Shown here: positions 1-57,860 of the stretch, piece by piece
Layout: every line of letters begins with the position of its first letter
How positions within the stretch are numbered: the first letter of the stretch is position 1
Assembly: GCA_951406725.2 (NCBI GenBank)
Contig: OX597833.1
Span: 72,230,001-72,294,000, forward strand
Direction: 5' to 3'
DNA length: 64,000 bases
Origin: Octopus vulgaris
Taxonomy: Eukaryota
Notes under the pieces: generated by a model
Told to the model about the DNA's origin: nothing
Databases searched by the model: none
The model's input: only the letters and a program-made list of their open reading frames with translations
Program-made: the position numbers and the translations under genes

Positions 1-321
1 GCTAATCTATCAGCTTTGCTACTGAAGGAGACAGCTCTAAACGAGTGTCCTTAGATGTATGTTGTAAAGGAAATAAGAAAGACAATTATTTTAATGTATG
101 CGATAAAATTACATATAATTTATATGATCTCTGAGTGAATAAGAAAATTTATAATTCGTAACTCCTGAAAGGAAGTTCCTTTCAGAACTTATCAGTTATT
201 GATTTTCTCATTCATTTACTATCTTCATCCCCCCCCCCCATCTCTCTTATTCAGTCATATCTCTCTAATTCAATCATGTCAGCAACTAAACTTTATGCTT
301 TTTTTGCTTCTTTATTTGTAG

Positions 322-45358
<45,037 letters not shown>

Positions 45359-45556
45359 AGATTGTTTGTATAAAAACATTATGTATGAAACCATTCAAAG
45401 CCTTCCTTTTATAACTGGTTTCTATCACTATCTCCATCGCTGTTCTGGGGCAAAAGTTTTGGTATTGTAGGAAAAAACACTCCAAATTACTTGCAGAATG
45501 ATAAGAAAAAGAGATAAATGTTTTTGTACAGACTTCTTAAAGGTGGTCTTTGTTGC

Positions 45557-45626
<70 letters not shown>

Positions 45627-47379
45627 TACACACAAACGCACACATCCATGCATGTGTATATGTATGTATGCAAACTTTTAGTGTAGTAGTGCCTAATGGG
45701 TATTTGATGACATTGACAAGAATTCCAACACTAATCCCTTGCATAGGTTCCACATGCAACAACAACTGACCAATGGTCAATGATGACAGATCCTTGCAAT
45801 TGAAGATATCTTAGAAGTCATTTTGATAAATGTAATAGAAATTGGAGAGAAAAGCCTCAGTTCCTCATTTTTTTCCTCTTATTTGTACATGCAAAAGTGT
45901 GTGTGTGTGTGTGTGTGTGGATGGATAGATACATGGATGTGTGCATCATCATCATCGTCATTATTTGACATCCACTTTTCCAATGTTGGCATGAGTTGAG
46001 TGGGCTGTTATAGTTTGAATTAGTTTTAATTGGAGATACTGCCCTTCTAGATGGTTGGGGGGGAGGGGGGGTCCATGCAAGTTTCTACAGCGTTGTACGT
46101 CCTTCCTGATGGCTGCTACTTTCAGCATTTCAATCATTTTACTTTGGTACCAATACCAGAAGAGTGTCCTGTCATTGTCCTCCATTTATTTGCCAACCGG
46201 TGCATAGATTGCATTGAACACACTTCATTACACTGGAGTACTGTTTTATTGAAGATGTGTTGATATGATTTGAGATTAGAGATTCTTCAGTCAATGCCAG
46301 CTGCTAATTTCTTAATTATAGCTCAATTGAATTAGAATTCTTATGAACAAATACAGTTTCTTTGTTAGACTTTGTAAAGAGACAATAGTTGCTGCCTTAA
46401 GGTGGAGAGCTGCATCTATTATTATGAAGTATTAATGAGATGTGGCTTTTGTGAGAAATTAATGTGCATGGAGGGTTCTTTACCCTCTCCCTTGAAAAGA
46501 ATTTTGAAAAGAATAATCACCTGCTTCAAACCAACGATTTAGATTTCTTCACCAGCATAGCTAGAAGCTTCCTATCTCTAATTCAACACTTTTCCTTTCT
46601 ACTATAAGCACACGGCCCAGATTCCGTGGGGAGGGGAACAGTCGATCACATCGACCCCATTACTCAACTGGTACTTAATTGGCCCCGAAAGGATGCAAGG
46701 CAAAGTTGACCTTGGTGGAATTTGAACTCAGAATGTAACAATGGGTGAACTACTGTTAATTATTTCGCCTGGCATGCTAACGATTCTGCCAGCTCACTGC
46801 TTTTATCTCTGATTAAACACTGTCCAACTATAGAGAAACATCTGAAACTTCTACATGCGCATAATTTCAAGGTGAGCTGCTCTTACTCAGACAATGCCGC
46901 ATTCAGTATCAGATGTTACAATAGCCAAAAACATATGGCTATACAACTTTCATGCTAATCCCAGAAATGCATTTTCTGAAATCAAACCATTTGCCTTCTC
47001 CAGGCCAAACCAGTGACCTTTACACATGGCTCACATTTTAACTAACAATGTCCCAAATACTATACAAAAACAAAAAAAATGAATGCAAGAGACGATTTAC
47101 CCAGCGCATGTAGTGCAACCAGTGAATGGCTCTGCCCAGTGTAAACTGAAATATTCTCAGCAAAACTCTTTCCCATTCTCATCGAAGACACAGCTATTGT
47201 CTCTGGGTTAAATACTTATTACATTTAGTTGTATCCCTTAACAAGAAAATTGAGCTGTCATTCTGCTGCCGTAAGCAAGGCATTCTCTTGGCCAGCCTTA
47301 AACCATTAGCTGTTGATATTCCCCATATAATTAAAGCTCGCTAATCTTCCTTTCTTGACAATCCCCTTCCATCTGCAAT

Positions 47380-47600
47380 ACTTCACTTGGTTCGCTCGTA
47401 ACAGTGCAAGTGCTAATGAGATCAAGGGAGGCTACTTCTGGAGGCTTCGCAAAAATTTCCTCCCATGTGACGTCAGTTATTACCAACTGCAAGCAATTTG
47501 CGTCGAAATAATAAAAGATGTTTAAAACGTTTACCTCTGATTTTTTTTTCTACTCTTTTATGTCCGCTCTTTCTACGGTAATTTCGGAAGTAATCTACAG
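47380..47600. promoter_or_regulatory. Possible promoter-like CpG-enriched segment
   Basis: TGACGTCA (CRE) at 47468-47475, CGGAAGT (ETS) at 47585-47591, local CpG enrichment. Confidence 0.3.
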
Positions 47601-47711
47601 CCAGACGCACCTCCTAACACCAACACATATTTATGTACAAGGAAGATATTTTATTTAACCTCTTCATATGTTTTTATTTAAGGGAGACATGAACAACATC
47701 GCTGCTGTCAA

Positions 47712-48138
47712 CAGGGCCGGACTGAGACCTGTCGTGGCCCTGGGCACTTAAAAGATTTTGGTGCCCCCATAAATGATTATGTAATTCCAAATACAAACAA
47801 TAACAAGCCATAAAATAAATCTTTATTTTTCAAAACGAAACAAAACAGTAAGAGGGAAAATAATGTTTATTTTTGTATACTTTCACTTTATTTATATTTG
47901 AAAAAGTTTCCTCCTACTTTTTTGAATTGCAAAGTCTTTGATCAGATCCTCAAAATTAATCTTAGGTTAACACATCTGCATCTATACTTAGTAGAAATAA
48001 AGGCATCCCGAATATTATTTTAGCAAGTTTAAAGTGATTTCATTTGTGCCATAAACCATTTACCATTTCTGTGGTGCCCCCTACTTCCCTTGATGCCCTA
48101 AACACGTGCTTATTTTGCTTAATGGTCAATCCAGGGTC
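47712..48138 (-). mobile_element. Non-autonomous hAT derivative
   Basis: CAGGGCCGG terminus; minus-strand LLSID...INFEDLIKDFAIQKSRRKLF resembles the hAT C-terminal dimerisation region. Confidence 0.6.
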
Positions 48139-48351
48139 AATACAAAGGCACATGGAAGCAAACACACACAATAAGCTGCTGTGCAGCCTACTTCCAATGT
48201 CACTTCCAATGTAGCAGTCAGCCTGAGGCCATAGTATAAGACACCCGTCCAAGGTACTCAAAAGGGGTTATCAAATATGAAGCCATGCAGCTGTTGTTGT
48301 ATAACCACACATCCATGCCTCTATGTGTGTGTATTTAACTATTTAAAAAAC

Positions 48352-48406
<55 letters not shown>

Positions 48407-48557
48407 GAAAGTTTTTTCAAGTTATTAACTGTTTTAAAAAATATTTAATGACTTCTTTTAAATAGTTAAAAACTTTAATAACAAAAGCTTTCTTTAAGTA
48501 TTGTGACTGCATCAAATAATTTTTTGTAAACATATATATATTATATATATATAATAT

Positions 48558-48840
48558 GGTGGTTAGGGCAGTGGTTAGGGCAGTGGACTCGCGGTTGTAG
48601 GATCATGGTTTCGATTCCCAGACCGGGCGTTGTGAGTGTTTATTGAACGAAAACACCTAAAAAGCTCCACGAGGCTACGGCAGGGGGTGGTGATCCCTGC
48701 TGTACTCTTTCTCCCACTCTTCCTTCTGTTGGCCTGCTCGCATAGCCAGCGGGGTGGCGTCATTCGAAGGCTAAAACAATGTGAACGCATTGTGACCAGC
48801 GATGTGTAACAACATCTGATAACCTGGTCGGTCACGTGAT
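48558..48840 (+). mobile_element. tRNA-derived SINE family C, CpG-rich (young)
   Basis: tggttagggcag box A-like (duplicated), ggtttcgattcc box B. Confidence 0.7.
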
Positions 48841-49186
48841 ATAATATGGTACATGTCTTTGTATGTATACTTTTTTTTGCGAGTAACCCTTTGGCATTTG
48901 AAGCAGTTGAGTTTGTTCCGTTTTATAAGATCTTCTTTCTAAACCGACCAACACAAGCTGGAATCGTTTCGTTTATTCTTTACCTCTCAATGCTTAATGA
49001 AACAGTTTGAACTTTTCGGTTTTTAACCAACAGCATTTCTCTTTTCTTACTGCAACACCATCTTTATTTAGTTCTTCTGTTTGTCTGTTGTATTTGAAAG
49101 TTCATTCTACTTTCTTAACACTTAACTAATGTTTTAATTACTATTTGTAAATCTCACAACAAGAGATATTCAGCAGCAGTACTTTG

Positions 49187-49565
49187 GAGTACAGATTGTT
49201 TGCCAACATAATATGGCAGTCCTGTTTTAGGATGAATGTTACTGTAATTTAGCCCCAGGAATAGTAATTTTCTAATTTTTAGATCAGTGACTAGTTGTCA
49301 CTTTGAAAACTATATATTTTGAACGGGAATTTGGCAGCGCCACCTCTAGCCAAACAATTATTCTGTGCTGATGAAGGAAAATAACCCGGAAATCGCAATA
49401 CACAGATATTGTTTTGAGCTGAGTGGGGGTGCTAGATTCCCTTGTTCGAAAATATAAGGACACAGATTGTGTTGTATAGCCGGCTGGAGACAATGTCTCC
49501 TGGGGCTAAATTACATTCATCCTAAACCAGGACTACCATGTTATGTTGGTAAACTATCTTTACTC
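49187..49565. mobile_element. Foldback/MITE-like element with long imperfect inverted arms
   Basis: Outer arms 49187-49260 and 49498-49565, and inner arms ~49314-49367 and 49401-49456, are reverse complements. Confidence 0.8.
49362..49406 (+). ncRNA. Candidate minimal type I hammerhead ribozyme at apex of a foldback element
   Basis: TCTGTG-CTGATGA-AGGAAAATAACCCG-GAAA-T-CGCA-A-TA-CACAGA; intact core, perfect 6-bp stem I, weak stem II. Confidence 0.6.
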
Positions 49566-50909
49566 TAATCTTTTAATATTCATAAATTTTAATCACTTGC
49601 CATGCATCGCAACCTTCATAAGAGATTTTTTCATCATTATTGTAGCTTGAGCAGTTCTTTTGAGGTAAGTTGCTGTCATGTTATAGAACAATGACATGTT
49701 AAGTTTGATTTGATTTTTTTTTTCCCCAAAGACCAAGAAAAATCTTTCTCTCTAAGTTTCCAAATTAGGTTCCCACTTACTTGCTGCAGTTGTTCTATTT
49801 ATTTTTGTTGTTGTTGTTGTTGTTGTTGTTGGAAATTGATTCTGCTATCTTCATTGTCTCATAATGCTTTATACACTCTTGGAGTGGTTGGCATTAGGAA
49901 GGGCATCCATCTGCAGAAACCTTGCCAGATCAAATTGGAGCCTGGTGCAGCCTCCTGGCTTACCAGCCCTCAGTCAAACCGTCCAACCCATGCCAGCATG
50001 GAAAACGGACAGTAAAACAATGATGATGATGAAATACAGATTATTTGTCCTGCATTGCAACAGTAATAAGAAATTTCGATGCTACTTGATAGCCTGCCGT
50101 TTATTGCAGTATTTCTAATCTATGTTGTGAAATGACTTGATCTGGGTTAAGGTTGGGGTTAGGAACTTTTTGAAATTACAGACTGAAAATTCAGAAGGCC
50201 AAGATGTTCCTCCTCATTTCTGCACAAGAAATGTTATTCTTCATGAACTTCTCCAGTGAATTATACCTACATAGTATTTTGGGATTGATAAATATAAGGT
50301 CCTGGGTCTTCCTGTTACTTTGACATTTTTATTTACTTCCTCTTCTTCTTTTTATCAATTTTTATTGGATAACTTTTTCCACAATAACTTCATCAATATT
50401 GATGGCTCAGGTTATTCCAGCATCTATAAAATGTCCTGGGCATGACTTTAAACTGCATCCAATAGTGGGACTCAGATTCAGGAGTTCCAGGGTTTTAAGG
50501 AGTGTGCACTATTGTTCCCAGATCTACTCTGACCCAGAGTAGTATCACCTGTGAGGGTCCAAGCTATGGGTTAATTAGTATAAACCAATTGGCATGAGGG
50601 ACCCCTAGCTGTTGTCTAGGAGAAGAACATTCTGATGCAAAATGTAGTTTTATGCCAACAGCTTCAAACATCTCACTTTGACTTGCAGTTGGGTATTAAT
50701 TACAGAGAGTTGTACTTGTGTCTTACAAGCGTTTATCACTAGAATCCAATGCCACACAGGCGTCTCTTTATGGTAACCTCATTTGTCTTTCCATCTACTT
50801 ATGGTGATAGAAGAATGGCAACATCTACAGGCCTAACCAGTTGGAAGTGCACAAGTTCGAATCTGCACATAAGCAGGAGGAGTCTTATACAGATATTGTT
50901 GATACATAC

Positions 50910-50964
<55 letters not shown>

Positions 50965-51046
50965 AGGAAAAGGACATCAAAAATCAAAGCAGGACAAGTA
51001 TCTCAAGTTATTTATAATAATTTAATTAAGGTAAGGTCAATTTGAA

Positions 51047-51122
51047 GTCTTACAGCTGTTTCTGGGATATCCCAAGCGAAAGGCTTGCATGTCTGTACAC
51101 TGGGTATTCTATCATCAGAGAC
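51047..51122 (-). ncRNA. Candidate minimal type I hammerhead ribozyme
   Basis: Minus strand GTCT-CTGATGA-TAGAATACCCAG...TGGGATATCCCA-GAAAC-AGCT-GTA-AGAC. Confidence 0.6.
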
Positions 51123-51899
51123 AAAGTGAGTATGTATGAAAGTTTGGGTGACCAATTATAGCATTTACTCAGCGTATCTATTGGTTTAGATCACCAGTGA
51201 GCTAAACTCCTCATATCCTTTAATATATATTTTAATTATCACACCTAGCATAAGATCTTCCAAGAAAGCTAGAATGGATACCGTTTCATCGAACACTTAT
51301 TTCACTTGCCTGTTACCCTCCTCTTTTTCTCCTTTTAACTTTCTTTCTCTTGACTTTCAATCCTTCTGTCATTCATACTTTTATAGACAGCCATATACAC
51401 ACTAAGGGTTTTCAGAACCAAGGGAAACCACCACCCTTTTTGTAAATCCAGCTGAGTGCATTCCCTTTGACCATATTTCAACTGAAGCTATGGCGTGGTT
51501 AATTTTTCTCTATAAAACTCAGAAGCTTTCCATGTCAAAAGTTATTCAGAATCACAACTTTTAACAGACAATCCTAAAGAAGGCCACCCCACATCGAGTA
51601 GAAACTCGTAGTAAATGTCATGTCGGTGATTATATTGTTAATATATAACTCAACTGTATATTGACTGCCCTGTGTTTTGGGGTTTATAACTTCTTTAATC
51701 AATTGACACACTCCAGTTGCACCTTCTATATTGTATAAGATACCAAGGGGCCTCTCCAAGGCTTGTAATATATATAGGTGCAATCTGTGTGGTTTGAACA
51801 CTTTTTCCAGCAAAAAATAAATAAACAATACACTAGCCATGGATTTGTACAACCTCAACTACTGCACATCACCGAAGGAGTGAGACCCTGACCCTAGAA

Positions 51900-53480
51900 A
51901 ATTACCTGAGAAGGTAGTAGATCTTGTTAGGCAAATGAGATAAAAAGCATGTTTGTATTGCTCTGGACAGCAGTCAAAAATCAAGAATCTAGAAAAATTC
52001 AAGTCTGAAATGAAATCTCGAACTTCATCAATCCTCTGATGGTTCAGAGATTAGCTTGGAGTTCAAAAAGTCCAATTATTTTCAGACAAAACAGAGAACT
52101 TCAACAAAGGGGATCACAGATTCTATGAGTAATTCCTAAATGACAGAATTACACTAAATGTCATGGTGTGATACGTTCCCAAGGTTAGTTAGTTAGTTAG
52201 TTAATTTGGCTCAAAAGCAAATAGCAAGGCCATGTAGGGGGACATGGAGTTAAGTACAGGGTGGTGTTCATGTAAAGAGTTCGGGCCACTTGAGGTCAAG
52301 GGAGGCTTTGAACAAAGCGGTCGTCGGCATCTTCACCATCTCGTCTGCCAGCTTGTTCCACGGATCCGCAACCCGGACGGAGAAAGCTCCTCTCCTTCGA
52401 TTGAGATGAAATCGTCGCAGGTAGAGCTTTTCGGAATGATCCCGCAGCTGACGCTCTGGAGCAGGAGTGAAGAACAGCTCTTTCAAGAGGTTACACTTTC
52501 TGCTTATGATGCTGTGGGCAAGAATGAGATCACCACGGCGGCGGCGTTTTTCTAGAGAATAAAGGTCGAGCGTCCTCAGCCTTTCTTCATAGGACAAATT
52601 TTTGAGACCATGAACCATGCGGGTAGCCAGCTTCTGGACTCTTTCGAGATGCTGTATGTCTTTGAGGAGATAAGGAGAAGAGGCTTGAATCCCATATTCC
52701 AATATGGGTCTCACCAGCGTGACATAGAGTGGTAGGAATATTGCTGCTGTGAGCATTCCGAATGACCGTCGAATCAAGAAACCATAGCATTGGAAACCAT
52801 AGCATTGGAAACTTATAAACAAAGGAATAAAATGAAGTATTGATGATTAGGTTAAAGAGCCACTAGCTAAGTGCAATGCCTTTGTCATGATTAAGGATCA
52901 TGAAAGTAACTTTGCATCCAATCCAAAGCATTGGCAAATAAACCCAGCAAAAATCTGATTTCAGTTTCATTTCTAAGGATGTACTTTGACAAAAGAATAG
53001 CTGCCAATCTCTTGCAATACTTGTGAGTTCATTGCCTGCTTTCAAGAATGTAAGAAATAAAAACAATGCAAGGTTCATCCAATTTAACAAAATGGACTTT
53101 TAACCATTGATGTCTAAAGAATTACTAAGACACTAAATTTTGCCAGATCACACAATATGATTAGTAACAGTGGCACAGAAGTGATGTTCCATGCTAGAAA
53201 GACCATCCTCTTTTACTCTGTGTTAGTTAAAAGATCCAAACCCAGGCAGATCCTTAGGTATGAGCATAAGACCATTTGATTGTAGAGACAGCTTTAATCT
53301 TGTATGGTTATTTGTTCAGCTTTGGTTAGTGCAGAGACGATGTTTTGGCTGTCCTAGACCAATAAATGTACTTTCATTAATCAGGCTATGAAAAGATCTT
53401 ATCCAGACATTCAGGTCCTTCAGCTTGAAGATTACTTTTGAAGCTAACCCAACAAGAATTCAGTTCCTACATGTCATACT
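51900..53480 (+). mobile_element. Decayed Penelope-like retroelement ORF remnants, interrupted by CR1
   Basis: EKVVDLVRQMR*KA, HARKTILF and RDDVLAV remnants resemble PLE RT (from memory); hammerhead motif upstream at 51047-51122. Confidence 0.45.
52184..52812 (-). mobile_element. CR1-clade LINE 3' fragment with (TAAC)n tail
   Basis: LYVTLVRPILEYG...LERVQKLATRMV...SYEERL...RRRGDLI, uninterrupted, so relatively young. Confidence 0.9.
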
Positions 53481-53779
53481 TGATCTAAGTATGATCCTTT
53501 TAGGAAACCGAACCACCATAAGTACAGGGTCGTACCTCACCCTTTTATCTGTAAGAACCTTGAAAATTGTGTAACCAAAAGGATTTTAAATTTAGCATTC
53601 TTTTAAGAAATATTTAACTGGACAGCCCATACAGTAACCATGTTTTTGAAGCCAGGGAGTTTTAAGATAGAATCACCGCACCCACCATACAAGCAAAAAA
53701 AAAAAAAAGGCCGAGAAGCATCATTTGGCTTACATCCTCTTCCTTGCTAAATGTTAAATAAATTTAATAGAAGCAAATT

Positions 53780-54690
53780 CTGATCATGTCAACAGCTTGG
53801 CATGGACAAGTTGGACATCCCACTTTGAAGGCTACATCCATGCAATCCAAGAAGAAGAGATCCCCACCAATTACCTACAACATACAGGGCCAGTCCCATG
53901 AATTTTTTGAAGGGAGGGCACAAGGTCAGAAGGGAATACAATTCCAGGAGAAAAGGGCATAATAACATTATTTAGAAGGGGCTCCTCAGCCCCTTCCCCC
54001 TCCCTTGGGTCTGCCCCTGACATAAAAAGCCAAAAAACATTGACAGACAATAAATGTAGGCTGTGCAAGAGCAAGACTGAAGACATCAGCCACATTATTG
54101 CCAACTGTGAGAGAATGTCTTGCAGGTATTATCTTCCCTTGAGACAGGATACGGTGACCAGAACGGTCTGGAACAGGATGACAAAAATGAGAATGCCTAC
54201 AAATGAAGTTGACCATGTTTGAGACCAATGGAACAAAAGAATATTGGTGGAACTTGAAAATTGAAATAGGCACCAAATTAAAAGACAACCAGCCAGATAT
54301 TGTTGAATGGGACTGCAAAGAAAAGATGTGACTTGTTGTGGCAATCAGTTCCCCTCTGGACACCAATGTGCTTGGATGCAAGAGAAAGAAGACAGGTATG
54401 GATCATTGATAAGGAGTTTGCAAATCCAGTACTTAAGATCCACTTTCAACTTCATGCCTATTATTATTGGAACAACAGGATACATACCGACCCATCTGGA
54501 GTAAAGTATGTCTGAACTTGGGATCTTATGAAGAGAAAGCAAATCTTTAATTCATCTGCTACAAATGGTCACGATATCTGGAACTATAAAGATCTGCAAG
54601 ACCTTCTGAAGATTTAAAGAATGACAATTAAATCAAGACCCTTCTTCGCAACCTTGGTACAAATTCAATCAATATTTACTCTAAATTTAA
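53780..54690 (+). mobile_element. RLE-type non-LTR retrotransposon fragment
   Basis: HFEGYIHAIQEEEI, CRLCKSKTEDISHIIANC, QPDI. Confidence 0.8.
53885..54019. mobile_element. 135-bp MITE nested in the RLE LINE, 14-bp TIR, 5-bp TSD ACATA
   Basis: CAGGGCCAGTCCCA ... TGGGTCTGCCCCTG flanked on both sides by ACATA. Confidence 0.75.
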
Positions 54691-54759
54691 AAGAGAAAGA
54701 GAAAACATACGTACTTACACGCAGGCATGCCAGGGGGAAGCACTACTGACAGTGTCTTT

Positions 54760-56172
54760 GTAGTCAGACAACTGCAGGAGAAGTATTTGGCGAAGAATAA
54801 ACCATTGTACTTGGTGTTTGTTTACTCAGAGAAAGCATTTGGCAGAGTACTCTACAGTGATGTGGTGAGTTCTGAGGGGGCCAAGGGATAGACAAGTGGC
54901 TTGTGAAAGCCATACAAGCCATGTGCAGGAGTGAGAGCTTGCTGTCAGTGTGGTGATGAATCCAGTGTATAGGTAGGCATTGATCAGGGTTCAGTCCCCT
55001 CCTATTCATCGTCATCCTCCAAGCCATAACAGAGGAATTCAAGACCAGCTGACCCTGGAAACTGTTATATGTTGATGATCTTGCTCTTATAGCAGATTCT
55101 GTAAGAAAACTAGAATAGAAATTCCAGATGTGGAAGCAAAACCTGGAATCAAAGGGCCTTAAGGTTAACTTAGCAAAGACTAAGGTTCTAGTAAGCAAGA
55201 AAACAGACAAGACCATCAGGTAAATGGCCCTGTATGATATGTATGATAGGTGTAAGCAGGAATTCTATACAGCTGTACCCAGTACGTTCAGTGGATGTAC
55301 AAGAGGTGCTGTAGAATAATAGGAAGATTATCAGAGAAGGTCCATATGTGGAGGATGCACAGGAGCCATAAAAACTAGAGATGCTCAGGGAATCGACTCT
55401 CTTAAATGGCCTAGGGGCTCTTTAGAAGTAGTGGATAATTTCTTCTACTTGGGGGACCTAATTATCTGTAGGGGAGGATGCACTGAAAATGTAATCACTA
55501 GAATGATGGATGGAGAAAATTCAGAGAGCTTTTACGTCTGTTGGCAAACAAAGGTCTCTCTCTCTCTCTCTCTTTCTCTGAGTGAAAGAAAGATTTATGA
55601 TTCACGTATATGAACAGCAACGCTACATGGCAGTGCTACATGGGCTCTGAATGTAGATGGCATGCAAAGGCTAGAGAGGAGTGAAGCTGGTATGCTCCAC
55701 CGGATGTGCAATGTAAGTGTACACATGTGCAACAGAGCACTGGGATATTGAGGGAAAAGTTGGGCTTAAGAGGAATTAGATACAGTGAGCAAGAGAGGAG
55801 TGCTGGTCACTTAGAGTGGATGGAGCTTGTAGAAGAGGGAGACCCAGGAAGACATGAGATGAAATATTAGAAGACACTGATCCTTAACAAAGAGATGACA
55901 AAGGACTGAGATATCTGGCTCTTTGCTCTACTCAAGAAGACCTGTCCACCACAGCAGAATTGATACTGGTGCTGGTGCCATGTCAAAATCACTGGTGCTG
56001 ATGCTACATAAAAAGCACCCACTACACACTGTAAAGTGGTTGGCATTAGAAAGGGCATCCAACCATAGAAACCATGCCAGAATTGTTAATAGAGTCTGGC
56101 CTTACCGGCTCCAGTCAAATTGTCAAACTCATGCCAGCATGGAAAACAAATGTTAAATGATGATGATGATGA
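54760..56172 (+). mobile_element. RTE-clade LINE, decayed RT and 3' end
   Basis: PLLFIVILQAITEEFK and LLYVDDLALI remnants; (GAT)n tail. Confidence 0.85.
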
Positions 56173-56299
56173 TATATAAATGAATATATCAGAATTAAGA
56201 TTTAAAATTCTTCATTTCCATTATGTTCTTTGACCTTGTTTTTAACAGTATATGTGCATAAGTTGACTGTTATTTCCATCCATTTGTATTTTTAACTAG

Positions 56300-57860
56300 T
56301 ATCATCATCATCATCATCGTTTAGCATCCGCTTTCCATGCCAGCATGGGTTGGACGGTTCAACTGGGTCTGGGAAGCCAGAAGGCTGCACCAGGCCCAGT
56401 CTGATCTGGCAATGTTTCTACAGCTGGATGCCCTTCCTAACGCCAACCACTCCATGAGTGTAGTGGGTGCTTTTTACATGCCACCGGCACAGGTACCAGA
56501 TGAGGCTGGCAACGACCATGATCGGATGGTTCTCTTATGTGCCACTGGCACTGGTATCACAGCTACAATTTCCATTGATGTTGATCGATTTTGATTTTGA
56601 TTTTCACTTGCCTCAACAGGTCTTCACAAGTAGAGGTTTGTGTCCCTGGAAGGAAAGGTATGCATAAGTGGATGAGCTACATCCCAGGTAGAGGCCACAG
56701 GTTACGGTCTCACTTGTCCTGCCAGGTCTTCTCACGCACAGCATACTTTCAAAGGTCTTGGTCTCTAGTCATTTCCTCGGTGAGACCTAAAGTTCGAAGG
56801 TCGTGCTTCACCACCTCGTCCCAGATTTTCCTGTATCTACCTCTTCCACAGGTTCCCTCGACCACTAGGGTGTGACACTTTTTCACACAACTGTCTTTAT
56901 TCATTCTTGCCACATGACCATACCAGTGCAAACGTCTCTCTTGTACACCACAACTGATACTTCTTAGGTCCAACTTTTCTCTCGAGGTACTTACACTCAG
57001 TCGAGTATGAACACTGACATTACATATCCATCGGAGCATACTGGCTTCATTTCTTGCGAGCTTACACATATCCTCAGCAGTCACGGCCCATGTTTCACTG
57101 CCATGTAGCATGGTTGTTCGTACACATGCGTCATACAGTCTGCCTTTTACTCTGAGCGAGAGGCCTTTTGTCACCAGTAGAGGTAGGAGCTCTCTGAACT
57201 TTGCCCAGGCTATTCTTACTCTAGCAGTTACACTTTCAACACACCCAACCCCGCTACTGACTTGGTCACCTAGGTAACGGAAGCTATCAACTACTTCTAG
57301 TTTTTCTCCCTGGAATGTGGCGGAAGATGGTCTCTGCGCATTTTCAGTGTTTATTGCTCCTGAGCATCTGCCACATACAAAAACTATTTTCCTAGTTAGC
57401 CTTCCTTTGACGTTGCTGTACCTCTTATGTGTCCATAGCTTACACTTGGTGAATCTTATAGAGTTTCTACGTATGCCTTTTCTACAGATCGAGCAGGGCT
57501 ATCTACCTGAAGGTGTTTGTGACATGTCTACCTTCCTACTTATTAGGAATTTGGTTTTAGCAAAGTTGACTCTAAGGCCCTTCGATTGTAATCCTTGCTT
57601 CAACACCTGAAACTTCTCCTCCAGTTCTGATAGTGACTCATCAATTAGAGCAAGGTCATCAGCATATAGGAGCTCCCAGGAGCATCCTGTCTTGAATTCC
57701 TCCGTTATTGCCTGGAGGACTATGATAAATAGGAGGGGGCTGAGGACTGAACCTTGGTGGACCCCTACCTCTACCCAGAATTCTTCACAGTACTCATTGC
57801 CAACCCTCACCTTACTAGCAGCGACCCTGTACATGGCTTGCACAGCTATCACTAACCAGC
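56300..57860 (-). mobile_element. RTE-clade LINE, 5'-truncated
   Basis: GVHQGSVLSPLLF...LLYADDLALI (RT motifs) and ORF 56749-57174. Confidence 0.92.

Noticed and set aside
165-185. Perfect 10-bp-arm palindrome ctgaaaggaa-g-ttcctttcag with upstream CTGAAGGAG...CTCCT-GAAA
   Set aside because: Hammerhead-like, but the CUGANGA core is incomplete and no stem I forms; too short to call
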